The notes under the pieces were generated by a model. That model was not told where the DNA came from. It did not search any database and saw only the letters and a list, made by a program, of their open reading frames with translations. Shown here piece after piece: positions 14,878-23,316 of a stretch of DNA of 64,000 bases. Both the position numbers and the translations under genes were made by a program. Numbering within the stretch: the stretch's first letter is position 1; each line of letters opens with the position of its first letter. Origin of the DNA: Candidatus Tenderia sp. (lineage in GTDB: Bacteria > Pseudomonadota > Gammaproteobacteria > Tenderiales > Tenderiaceae); contig JANOSY010000047.1 of the NCBI GenBank assembly GCA_031416075.1, positions 3,427 to 67,426 of the forward strand. The letters run 5' to 3'.

Positions 14878-15705
14878 ATGTTATCCACCGCCATCATTAT
14901 GTTTCGTGAAGTCCTCGAAGCTGCCCTGATTATCAGCATTGTCATCGCTGCCACCCGAGGGGTCACCCACCGTGGCAAGTGGATAACCTTGGGGGCTGTT
15001 GGCGGGCTGCTGGGGGCCGCTGTAATCGCCATGTTTGCCGATGTGATTACAGCGGCGCTTACCGGACGTGGTCAGGAGCTGTTTAATGCGGCGATTCTCT
15101 TCACCGCCGTGATCATGCTCGGGTGGCACAATATCTGGATGAAGCAGCATGGTCGGACACTATCGATGCAGATGTCAGCCATGGGGCGCTCAGTTCTCGA
15201 AGGTAGCCGCCCCTTGCGTATTCTTGCTGTGGTCATCGGTTTGGCACTGCTGCGCGAGGGTTCCGAGGTGGTGTTATTTCTCTACGGCATCGCCAGTGCC
15301 CAAACAACCAGTACCGACGCCATGCTGACGGGCGGGCTGATGGGGATTGCTGCAGGCACGACACTTGGTTATCTGCTTTACCGTGGTCTGCTCAAGATCC
15401 CCAGCAGGCATCTTTTTAGTGTCACCAGCTGGCTGATCCTGTTGCTGGCGGCGGGCATGTCGGCCCACGGGGCAGCCTATCTGGTACAGATCGACATTCT
15501 GCCATCACTAGGGCATGAGATCTGGGATACCTCAGGCATCCTCTCAGAACAGAGTATTACTGGTCGGCTGCTGGGGACATTGGTCGGGTATGTGGCCCGT
15601 CCCGACGGTATTCAGGTGCTTTTCTATCTGATTACCACCATCACCATTATCAGTTTTATGAAACTAGTCGACAAACAGCCGGCCCGGTTGGCGGTGACAC
15701 ACTGA
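14878..15705 (+). CDS. FTR1/EfeU-family high-affinity Fe2+ permease
   Basis: The 275-aa polytopic membrane protein has two RExxE motifs (REVLE at the N-terminus, REGSE mid-protein). An AAGGAG RBS is present. Confidence 0.8.
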   Translation: MLSTAIIMFREVLEAALIISIVIAATRGVTHRGKWITLGAVGGLLGAAVIAMFADVITAALTGRGQELFNAAILFTAVIMLGWHNIWMKQHGRTLSMQMSAMGRSVLEGSRPLRILAVVIGLALLREGSEVVLFLYGIASAQTTSTDAMLTGGLMGIAAGTTLGYLLYRGLLKIPSRHLFSVTSWLILLLAAGMSAHGAAYLVQIDILPSLGHEIWDTSGILSEQSITGRLLGTLVGYVARPDGIQVLFYLITTITIISFMKLVDKQPARLAVTH

Positions 15706-15720
15706 GTTAGTCCCCCTTAG

Positions 15721-15766
15721 CCCGAACTGTATCCCTCCCCTCCCTCCTCACAGTTCGGGCTTTTTT
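15721..15766 (+). terminator. Rho-independent terminator after FTR1 gene
   Basis: The sequence gcccgaactgtatccctcccctccctcctcacagttcgggcttttttta forms a perfect 11-bp stem followed by a T-run. Confidence 0.75.
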
Positions 15767-15822
15767 TACTGTCTCTGTTATAGAATGTTTGCTCATACAA
15801 AATAACAGAGGGGCAGATCACG

Positions 15823-16338
15823 ATGACACTCACGCTAAACGGTCTGATATTGGGCGAATCCAATGATCTACTGCCCACCGAGAGCAGTGGCGACGTATCC
15901 GAAGCGACTGTGGCACTGGCACAACAGGCCCGCCGCACTTTTGATATTTTTACCCAGCACCTCGATCAGCGTGTCTACAACAGCGTCGCACTGTATGAAG
16001 CGGTTCTCAAGCTGGCTACCCGCAGCCGTTACTCGAAGGTGCGGATTCTTATTAAAGACTCCACCCCTGTGGTTCAAAACAGTAACCGCCTAGTGGAACT
16101 GAGTTATCGCATCAGCAGCCGTCTGCAGATCCGCAAAACCGCAGGGGAACAGCTGGATTTCAATGAGGAGTTTGTGATTGCGGATGGCTGTGGATTGATG
16201 CGCCGCATCAATCCCCTCCGCTACGAAGGTGAGCTCTGTTTTAACGCCGCGCTCAAGGCGCGCCAACTGACCCGTTTATTCGACGAGTGCTGGGAGCAGA
16301 GCGCCGCTGATCCACTGCTGAGACGACTGTATATATAA
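15823..16338 (+). CDS. Hypothetical protein (171 aa, no recognised domain)
   Basis: A clean ORF with a GAGG-like RBS (cagagggg) lies upstream. I cannot recognise any family. Confidence 0.5.
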   Translation: MTLTLNGLILGESNDLLPTESSGDVSEATVALAQQARRTFDIFTQHLDQRVYNSVALYEAVLKLATRSRYSKVRILIKDSTPVVQNSNRLVELSYRISSRLQIRKTAGEQLDFNEEFVIADGCGLMRRINPLRYEGELCFNAALKARQLTRLFDECWEQSAADPLLRRLYI

Positions 16339-16371
16339 ATACCCCCTGTATCCCGTCACAACCCGCCCGAA

Positions 16372-18198
16372 TCAACGGCCGCGTAAAAAGAGTTTATCCA
16401 GTTCATCCATGCCCATCTGTACCCAGGTGGGGCGACCATGGTTGCACTGACCGGCACGCTCGGTACGCTCCATGTCCCGCAACAGTGCATTCATCTCCGC
16501 TATGTTCAACTGGCGGCTGGCACGTACTGAGCCGTGGCAAGACATGGTCCCCAAAATCTCATTACAGCGCTCACGCACACGGCTGCTCTCGCCTGCAATA
16601 TTCAGGTCCGCCAACAGATCCTGTACCAGTGCCTTGACGTCGGCATGACGTAACAGGGCGGGTACGGCACGAATCGACAACGTCTCGGGTCCCATGGCGC
16701 TCAGCTCAAAGCCCAGCTCCTGCAACAGAGCCGCGTGCTCCTCCGCCAGCCGTACCTCACGGGAAGTGACCACCAGCGTCTCCGGCACCAGCAGCGGCTG
16801 GCTACGAATCCCCTCCTCGGCCCAATCCTGCTTCATACGCTCATAGGTCACCCGCTCATGGGCGGCATGCATATCCACCACCACCAATCCCTGGCTATTC
16901 TGGGCCAGGATGTAGATGCCTTGCAGTTGCGCCAGCGCAAAACCTAACGGCGGCGCATCGTGGCCATCGGTCAAAGGTTGCAGTGACGTTACACCAGCCG
17001 CCCCGTGCAGCTGATCATAGACCGATACCTGCTCTCGCACGCCCAGACTAAAGGCCTGCTGATTTTGCCGTGGCAGCGGCGCTCTGCTCTGGTAACCACC
17101 ATACGGCACAATAGCGGGCGATTCGGTTTCCATTGGCGTAGTGGCTGGCGTTTGGTGAATAGAATCAGAAGAGAGGGTGGCCACCTCATCACCGGGGCGA
17201 ACATTCGCCAGCGCGCGATGCAGGGTCGAAAAGAGAAAATCATGGACCATGCGGCTCTCACGAAAACGCACTTCGTGTTTAGTAGGGTGCACATTCACAT
17301 CCACCTCACTCGCAGGCAGTTCAAGATAGAGCACAAAAGCGGCATGGCGACCGTGATACATCACATCCTGATAGGCCTTACGCACTGCGTGGGCAATCAC
17401 CTTATCCTTGACTACACGACCATTCACAAAAAAGTATTGCAGGTCGGCCTGGCCACGGGAGAAGGTTGGCAACCCCACCCAGCCCCAGAGTTTCATACCC
17501 GCCGCCTCAAACTCGATCTCCACGGCGTTTTCAACAAAACTCTTGCCACAGATCGCCGCTACCCGACGTCGCCGCGCCTCTGCATCACTGGCCACACGCC
17601 ACTGGTGCAGAGGTTTTTGATCATGTTTAAGGGTAATGCCCACATCAAAAGAGCTCAGGCCGATACGTCGCACCACATCTTCAAGGTGGTTAAACTCGGT
17701 GCGCTCAGCCTTTAAAAACTTACGCCGCGCCGGCGTATTGTAAAAAAGGTCACGCACCTCAATGGTTGTGCCTTGGGGATGGGCGGCCGGAGAGGGTTTA
17801 TCATCGGCCTCCCCCGCGTTAACTGAAAATTGCCACCCTTGTGGTTCATCAATATAGCGGGATGTCACCTTGAGACGTGCCACAGAGCCGATACTGGGTA
17901 ACGCCTCACCACGAAAGCCAAGACTCGCCACGGCGGTCAGATCATCAAAGCTGCTTATTTTACTGGTGGCATGGCGACTCAATGAGAGCGGCAGGTCATC
18001 AGGGTGAATACCATTACCATCATCACGCACACGGATGAGCGCCACGCCCCCCTTTTCGATCTCCAGATCGATCTGGCGGGCACCGGCGTCCAAACTGTTC
18101 TCAATCAGCTCTTTGGCGACGGATGAGGGGCGCTCCACCACCTCGCCAGCAGCAATCTGATTGGCAAGGTGTGAGGAGAGAAGATGGATACGTTTCAC
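16372..18198 (-). CDS. mutL: DNA mismatch repair protein MutL
   Basis: The GHKL ATPase N-terminus reads [30 protein letters not shown], and the product is 608 aa. Confidence 0.95.
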   Translation of the reverse strand: MKRIHLLSSHLANQIAAGEVVERPSSVAKELIENSLDAGARQIDLEIEKGGVALIRVRDDGNGIHPDDLPLSLSRHATSKISSFDDLTAVASLGFRGEALPSIGSVARLKVTSRYIDEPQGWQFSVNAGEADDKPSPAAHPQGTTIEVRDLFYNTPARRKFLKAERTEFNHLEDVVRRIGLSSFDVGITLKHDQKPLHQWRVASDAEARRRRVAAICGKSFVENAVEIEFEAAGMKLWGWVGLPTFSRGQADLQYFFVNGRVVKDKVIAHAVRKAYQDVMYHGRHAAFVLYLELPASEVDVNVHPTKHEVRFRESRMVHDFLFSTLHRALANVRPGDEVATLSSDSIHQTPATTPMETESPAIVPYGGYQSRAPLPRQNQQAFSLGVREQVSVYDQLHGAAGVTSLQPLTDGHDAPPLGFALAQLQGIYILAQNSQGLVVVDMHAAHERVTYERMKQDWAEEGIRSQPLLVPETLVVTSREVRLAEEHAALLQELGFELSAMGPETLSIRAVPALLRHADVKALVQDLLADLNIAGESSRVRERCNEILGTMSCHGSVRASRQLNIAEMNALLRDMERTERAGQCNHGRPTWVQMGMDELDKLFLRGR

Positions 18199-18262
18199 GC
18201 AAGGACTCCGGGCAGCTCAGATGGGGCCACCCATTATACGTGAGCAATCGGGGTAAAAAAGG

Positions 18263-19759
18263 TTAACTACCGCGAAGCGGGATCTGTAATACCTGGCCAA
18301 TACGGACGGTATCATCCTTAAGCTGGTTGGTAACACGCAAAATACGGGCACTAACGTTGTATTGAGTGGCGATGCCAGCGAGTGTATCGCCACGTTTAAT
18401 CACATGTTCACGCGCCGCAATACGGGTACCATCAGGCGGATTACTGGCAAAATAACTCCGCACCCCTTTTATCATTGCGTCTGCCAGCTGTTGCTGGTAA
18501 ACCGCCGATCTAAGATTGGCCTCCTCTGAAGGATTAGAGATAAACGCTGTTTCTACCAGAATGGAGGGGATATCAGGCGACTTCAGCACCACAAACCCCG
18601 CCTGTTCAACGCGGTGTTTATGTACCTTGCCAACCCGCTTTAACCCTTGCAATACACGCCCGGCCACATCCAGGCTCGCCTCAATTGTGGCGTTCTGGGA
18701 GAGATCCAGTAACACCGAGGCCAGTAGCGGGTCTCTACCATCCAGCGCTACGCCACCCAGCAGGTCTGCCGAGTTCTCACGGTTTGCCAACATCCGCGCC
18801 GCCTCATTGGTGGCCCCCCGCTGAGACAGCGCATAGACCGACGCACCACTGGCGCGGGGATTCAAAAATGCATCGGCATGAATGGAGATGAACATATCTG
18901 CCTTGGAGGTGCGGGCTTTGTTGATCCGATCACGGAGACTGACAAACACATCATCATCACGGATCATCACCGGCACCATACCCGGCTCCTGGCGGACACG
19001 CTCGGCAAACTGGCGGGCAATCTGCAATACCACATCCTTCTCCCGAGTACCTTTGCTGCCAACAGCCCCGGAATCTGCACCACCATGCCCCGCATCAATA
19101 GCGATAACAACCTCTCTTCCGGCACGGAAGGTCTCTGTTGGGGCTGCCGTTTCAGGACGCGGTACAATCGTGACTGGGGTGGGGGTGGGTATCGCAACCG
19201 CCAGTGGTGCGGAAGGTGCTACAGGTAGCGCCAGCGGCTCGATGCGTCTTACCGGCTCATCCACCCTGGAGGCAATGACGGGCACCGAACGCCTGGACGG
19301 CGCACCATCCCTGATATCCACAACCAGGCGGTGGCCATGCCCATCAGAAGGTGGCAACAGATATGCCTTGCCTTTGGCCTGTGCCGACACTTCAAATACC
19401 AGCCGCAAATCACTGCCGTTGCGTATGCCAACGCGCATTGCTGATATAGGGGTATTGGCAAAACTGATTGCTGGTGAATCGCCGGTACGAACAACATCGC
19501 GCAGATCAACCACAAAACGGTCGGGGCTGGAGAGGGAAAAATATTTGATCGAACTGGGACCGCCCAGTTCAAGCACTACACGCGCCACCCCATCCTCGTG
19601 CCCAACACGCAATGTGTTGTACTTCATGATATTGGCGGCCCAACTTGCAGTTACAGGCAACAGACACATCACCACCAAAGCCACCGTGCGGCGCACTAGC
19701 TTGATGTTTTCCTTATAGATACTCATCACAACTTTAACTTTTCCAAATTTCCCGTACAT
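18263..19759 (-). CDS. amiB: N-acetylmuramoyl-L-alanine amidase (AmiB/AmiC-type) with C-terminal LysM
   Basis: The product has a signal peptide, an Amidase_3 core (VVIAIDAGHGG) and a C-terminal LysM (IKRGDTLAGIATQYNVSARILRVTN). It is adjacent to mutL and tsaE as in E. coli. Confidence 0.88.
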   Translation of the reverse strand: MYGKFGKVKVVMSIYKENIKLVRRTVALVVMCLLPVTASWAANIMKYNTLRVGHEDGVARVVLELGGPSSIKYFSLSSPDRFVVDLRDVVRTGDSPAISFANTPISAMRVGIRNGSDLRLVFEVSAQAKGKAYLLPPSDGHGHRLVVDIRDGAPSRRSVPVIASRVDEPVRRIEPLALPVAPSAPLAVAIPTPTPVTIVPRPETAAPTETFRAGREVVIAIDAGHGGADSGAVGSKGTREKDVVLQIARQFAERVRQEPGMVPVMIRDDDVFVSLRDRINKARTSKADMFISIHADAFLNPRASGASVYALSQRGATNEAARMLANRENSADLLGGVALDGRDPLLASVLLDLSQNATIEASLDVAGRVLQGLKRVGKVHKHRVEQAGFVVLKSPDIPSILVETAFISNPSEEANLRSAVYQQQLADAMIKGVRSYFASNPPDGTRIAAREHVIKRGDTLAGIATQYNVSARILRVTNQLKDDTVRIGQVLQIPLRGS

Positions 19760-19855
19760 TTTGAAGGATACAACATTTTTCCATAAAAAATAGGTATATG
19801 CCTTTGTTTACCCCTGTTTTTTCGACAATTGCGTCAATATCTTTAGATATCCCCG

Positions 19856-20311
19856 TTACTCTGCCAATGCAACAGCAATCTGCCTGCCCTTTTCTGACAC
19901 TGCCATGACGGTCACATGGCGGGCCGTTCCGTCGTATGCAATCGTCACTGTCACATCCGCAGCGGGCAGTACACCGGCACCACGCTGTGGCCACTCCACC
20001 AACAAAATGGCATTGTCGGTCAACCAGTCACGCAATCCCAAAAACTCCAGCTCTTCCGGATCGGCCAGCCTGTACAGGTCCAGATGATAAATCTGCCCTG
20101 CTGGCAATTCGTAAGGTTCGACCAATGTATAGGTCGGGCTACGCACGCCCCCCTCGTGGCCCAGGGCGCGGAGAAACCCCCGTGCCAATGTCGACTTGCC
20201 CGCCCCCAACTCACCCACCAGATAGATAATCGCCCCTGGCCGGCAGGCTCCCGCTAACCGTGCGCCCAGCGCACGCATTGCCATGTCATCCCGAACTGAT
20301 AACAGCACCAT
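19856..20311 (-). CDS. tsaE: tRNA threonylcarbamoyladenosine biosynthesis protein TsaE
   Basis: The P-loop GELGAGKSTLARGF is present. The product is ~150 aa and lies upstream of amiB. Confidence 0.85.
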   Translation of the reverse strand: MVLLSVRDDMAMRALGARLAGACRPGAIIYLVGELGAGKSTLARGFLRALGHEGGVRSPTYTLVEPYELPAGQIYHLDLYRLADPEELEFLGLRDWLTDNAILLVEWPQRGAGVLPAADVTVTIAYDGTARHVTVMAVSEKGRQIAVALAE

Positions 20312-20522
20312 CGTTTATAAGTTCCCAAAACGTTAATCGAATCACCGGCTATTTTACGCCACTCCCCCGCCAAAACGTGACCCATTTCACACTTTGGCCA
20401 CGCTGCCGATAACTCACGGATAGAAGGCAGTGCTGCACGGATAAGTGGCCCACTGCTCCTAATGATCATCTTTTGCGCTGCCGATGTTACAGATAAGCCC
20501 CACAAGAGTCAGGCCAATAGCC

Positions 20523-21035
20523 ATGTTGAAGAGTCATCAATCAAAAATACCAAATCAGCCAAGAGGCTTTGAGCACGGCTTTACGCTGATCGAACTAATG
20601 GTCACGCTGGCGGTTGCTGCCATTATGATGACGATGGCGGTGCCCAGTTTTACCTCAATGACCAAAAACAACCGCCTAACCACCCAGACCAATCTGTTAG
20701 TTACCGCACTGAATCTGGCCCGCAGTGAGGCGATCAATCGCCGGGCGACTATCGATGTTATCGCCCTTGATGCCAGCAACAGCAGCAGTGAGTGGGGCAA
20801 AGGCTGGAAAGTGGTCATCAATGGCGGGGCAACGCTAAAAATATTCCAGTCACTCGAGGGTGGCTCTACCCTCGATAGCGCTAACAGCGTCTCCACTATT
20901 CAGTATCTGGCCAGCGGCCGGGCCTCGACCACCGACACCTTTACCATGTGTGACGACCGTGTCGCTGAAACGGGGCGTCAGATATCTATTCTGACCACCG
21001 GTCGGGTGAGTACAACCACGGTTGCCTGTTCCTAG
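20523..21035 (+). CDS. fimT: Type IV pilus minor pilin, FimT/FimU (GspH-family)
   Basis: A prepilin N-terminus G|FTLIELMVTLAVAAI is present. The start is taken at MLKSHQ. Confidence 0.75.
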   Translation: MLKSHQSKIPNQPRGFEHGFTLIELMVTLAVAAIMMTMAVPSFTSMTKNNRLTTQTNLLVTALNLARSEAINRRATIDVIALDASNSSSEWGKGWKVVINGGATLKIFQSLEGGSTLDSANSVSTIQYLASGRASTTDTFTMCDDRVAETGRQISILTTGRVSTTTVACS

Positions 21036-21042
21036 GAGGGCG

Positions 21043-21663
21043 ATGATGAAAACTGCTTCGCATTCCCGACCATTAACACCGAAGAGAAAGATGATCGGCC
21101 TCACCATGATTGAGATCCTGGTGACCCTGATTATCCTCTCCATCGGACTGTTAGGGATGGCTGCCCTGCAGCTGACTGGTATTCGTAGTGCCAACAACTC
21201 GACCTACCGTACCCAGGCAACACTGCTGGCCGATGATATGGCTGAACGGATGCGCGCCAATATCACCGCCGTGGATAACAATGCCTTTATGGCCTTTAAC
21301 TCTGCGGCCCTTGACTGCAGCGTTACCCCCAACCCGTATTGCGGTGAGTATTACAACGGCTCTGCCAACGTCGCTGCCCAGAGCTGTACCACGGCGCAAA
21401 TGGCCACTTACGACCTTAATGTCTGGTTCTGTGGTGAGCTCAATACAAGCGCCCGGCGCGGGGGGATTCAATCAATCCTCAACCAGGCCACCGCCACTAT
21501 TACCTGTACCGACGTCAACCCACCGTCTGGGGCCGATGGCGACAACTGCACCAACCGCTCCTCATTCCATACCATCAGCCTCAACTGGAGCGAGCTAAAC
21601 CCAGACCGCAACAGCGGTGCCACCACCGTTAACCAAACCATTTCGATCTCGGTGCAACCATGA
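21043..21663 (+). CDS. pilV: Type IV pilus minor pilin PilV
   Basis: A prepilin-type N-terminus reads IGLTMIEILVTLIILSIGLLGMAAL, typical of PilV. The exact start is uncertain. Confidence 0.75.
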   Translation: MMKTASHSRPLTPKRKMIGLTMIEILVTLIILSIGLLGMAALQLTGIRSANNSTYRTQATLLADDMAERMRANITAVDNNAFMAFNSAALDCSVTPNPYCGEYYNGSANVAAQSCTTAQMATYDLNVWFCGELNTSARRGGIQSILNQATATITCTDVNPPSGADGDNCTNRSSFHTISLNWSELNPDRNSGATTVNQTISISVQP

Positions 21664-22397
21664 ACCGCTCACTTAAAACAAATACCGCACCGCGCCAACA
21701 CCAACGTGGCCTTACCCTGGTTGAGTTAATGGTGGCGTCCACTATCAGCCTGTTGCTGATGGCAGGGGTCACTCAGGTCTTTTTGAGCAGTAAAGTGTCC
21801 CACAACCTGCAGAACGGCCTGGGCAGATTGCAGGAGAATGCCAGGGCGGCCCTGGATATTTTATCTCTGAATATCAGCGCCACCGGTTACAACACTGGCG
21901 TAGGCACCGTTAACAAATTCAACGCCGCCAACACCCTTAACAACACCACACCTAATACCGGATTGGGATTTACCGTTGCCAGTGGCAAGGCTAGTGACAC
22001 CATTGAAATCAACTATCTATCAGCCACTGACTGTCTTGGCCAGGCCACGGGTGGCACGGCAACCGATCGTTACTACATAAATGGCACCAATCTTATGTGC
22101 CTTGGTAACGGTTCTGCCACACCGGGCATCATCGCCGAAGGGGTCGAAAATATGCAGATCCTCTATGGTGAGGATAGTGACAACGACAAAATTGCCAACC
22201 GTTATATCAATGCCAGCAATATTGCTGCCAACCCTATTGTTAGTGTCCGTATTGCACTGCTGGTCAGCACCAATGAAAACATAGGCACCGTTGATAACAA
22301 TACGTATGCACTGCTGAACACCCCCTTACTTGGCCCTATTAAAGACAACCTGTTACGCCGCGTGTTTATCCGCACCATTATCCTGCGCAATTCGTAA
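21660..22397 (+). CDS. pilW: Type IV pilus assembly protein PilW
   Basis: The N-terminus reads RGLTLVELMVASTISLLLMAG, and the gene holds the position in the operon expected of pilW. Confidence 0.75.
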   Translation: MNRSLKTNTAPRQHQRGLTLVELMVASTISLLLMAGVTQVFLSSKVSHNLQNGLGRLQENARAALDILSLNISATGYNTGVGTVNKFNAANTLNNTTPNTGLGFTVASGKASDTIEINYLSATDCLGQATGGTATDRYYINGTNLMCLGNGSATPGIIAEGVENMQILYGEDSDNDKIANRYINASNIAANPIVSVRIALLVSTNENIGTVDNNTYALLNTPLLGPIKDNLLRRVFIRTIILRNS

Positions 22398-22924
22398 TGA
22401 CTATCAAGGAGACAGACATGAACATGAAAAACAGACAACAGGGGGTCGTTCTCATTATCAGTCTGTTGATTCTGATGGTGATGACACTCATCGGTATCTC
22501 CGCCATCTCAAACACCAGCATGGAGGAGCGTATGTCAAGCAACTTCCAGCAATCCATGGTGGCGTTTCAGGCATCCGAGTCAACCATTCAGAACGTGTTG
22601 ATTGTAGGGAATCCAGGGGGTACGGGGGCTGCCAGCAACCCCTTTTATGTCGCCGCCAGCGACCCATTGGTCATCGCCATGGGCACCGGACTAAATACCA
22701 CCACCACCACGGTGACTAAAAACATGGATCCCCTCAGCAAACTCAAAACCCCGCTGAGCACAACGGCCTCGGTCAGTTACCAGGGGGTATCTCAGCTCTG
22801 CCCAGGGTACGGCGCGGGGGTCAACTGTCTGAAATTTGAAGTCAATGCCAAAACAACCCTGGATGGCACTGACACCGGTCCAAACCATGTGCAGGGGCTG
22901 GAACGCCCTGCCCCAGGCATATAA
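22397..22924 (+). CDS. pilX: Type IV pilus assembly protein PilX
   Basis: The N-terminus reads MKNRQQGVVLIISLLILMVMTLIGISAI, a PilX_N-like sequence. Confidence 0.7.
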   Translation: MTIKETDMNMKNRQQGVVLIISLLILMVMTLIGISAISNTSMEERMSSNFQQSMVAFQASESTIQNVLIVGNPGGTGAASNPFYVAASDPLVIAMGTGLNTTTTTVTKNMDPLSKLKTPLSTTASVSYQGVSQLCPGYGAGVNCLKFEVNAKTTLDGTDTGPNHVQGLERPAPGI

Positions 22925-22956
22925 CCCTATTTTTACTATTGAGGAGACCCGCCATG

Positions 22957-23283
22957 AGATCACCCGTTGCCCGAATAACAGCCAGTCTATTGCTCACTGG
23001 CGGGCTGTTTTTATCACAATCGATCCACGCTGAATTCATCGCCGTGGAAAAAGAGGTTGAAGCCGACCATGTGCGCATCCTCTTCACTGAGGGGGTAGAG
23101 ATCGGCAAGGCTCAGGTCAATGGCTGCAAAGCATGCCCACTGCACCTGGATATCGATGGCCAGACACGGTTTTTTCAGAATGGCCGCGAGATAGAGCGCC
23201 GCAAAGTCAACGCCCTATCGGGCAAATCGGCCACCGTTATTTACAGCATGGATGGCAAACAGGCACTCCGGATACGTTGGTAA
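22957..23283 (+). CDS. Small secreted hypothetical protein inside minor-pilin operon
   Basis: A signal peptide MRSPVARITASLLLTGGLFLSQSIHA precedes a ~85-aa mature domain with two Cys (CKACPLH). Confidence 0.5.
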   Translation, partial: RSPVARITASLLLTGGLFLSQSIHAEFIAVEKEVEADHVRILFTEGVEIGKAQVNGCKACPLHLDIDGQTRFFQNGREIERRKVNALSGKSATVIYSMDGKQALRIRW

Positions 23284-23316
23284 CAACGGACCTTAAACAG
23301 GCATGCGAGGCAGATC

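Noticed and set aside
18882-19718. 278-aa plus-strand ORF
   Set aside because: It is antisense within amiB. The translation is Ser/Thr/Arg-rich and low-complexity.
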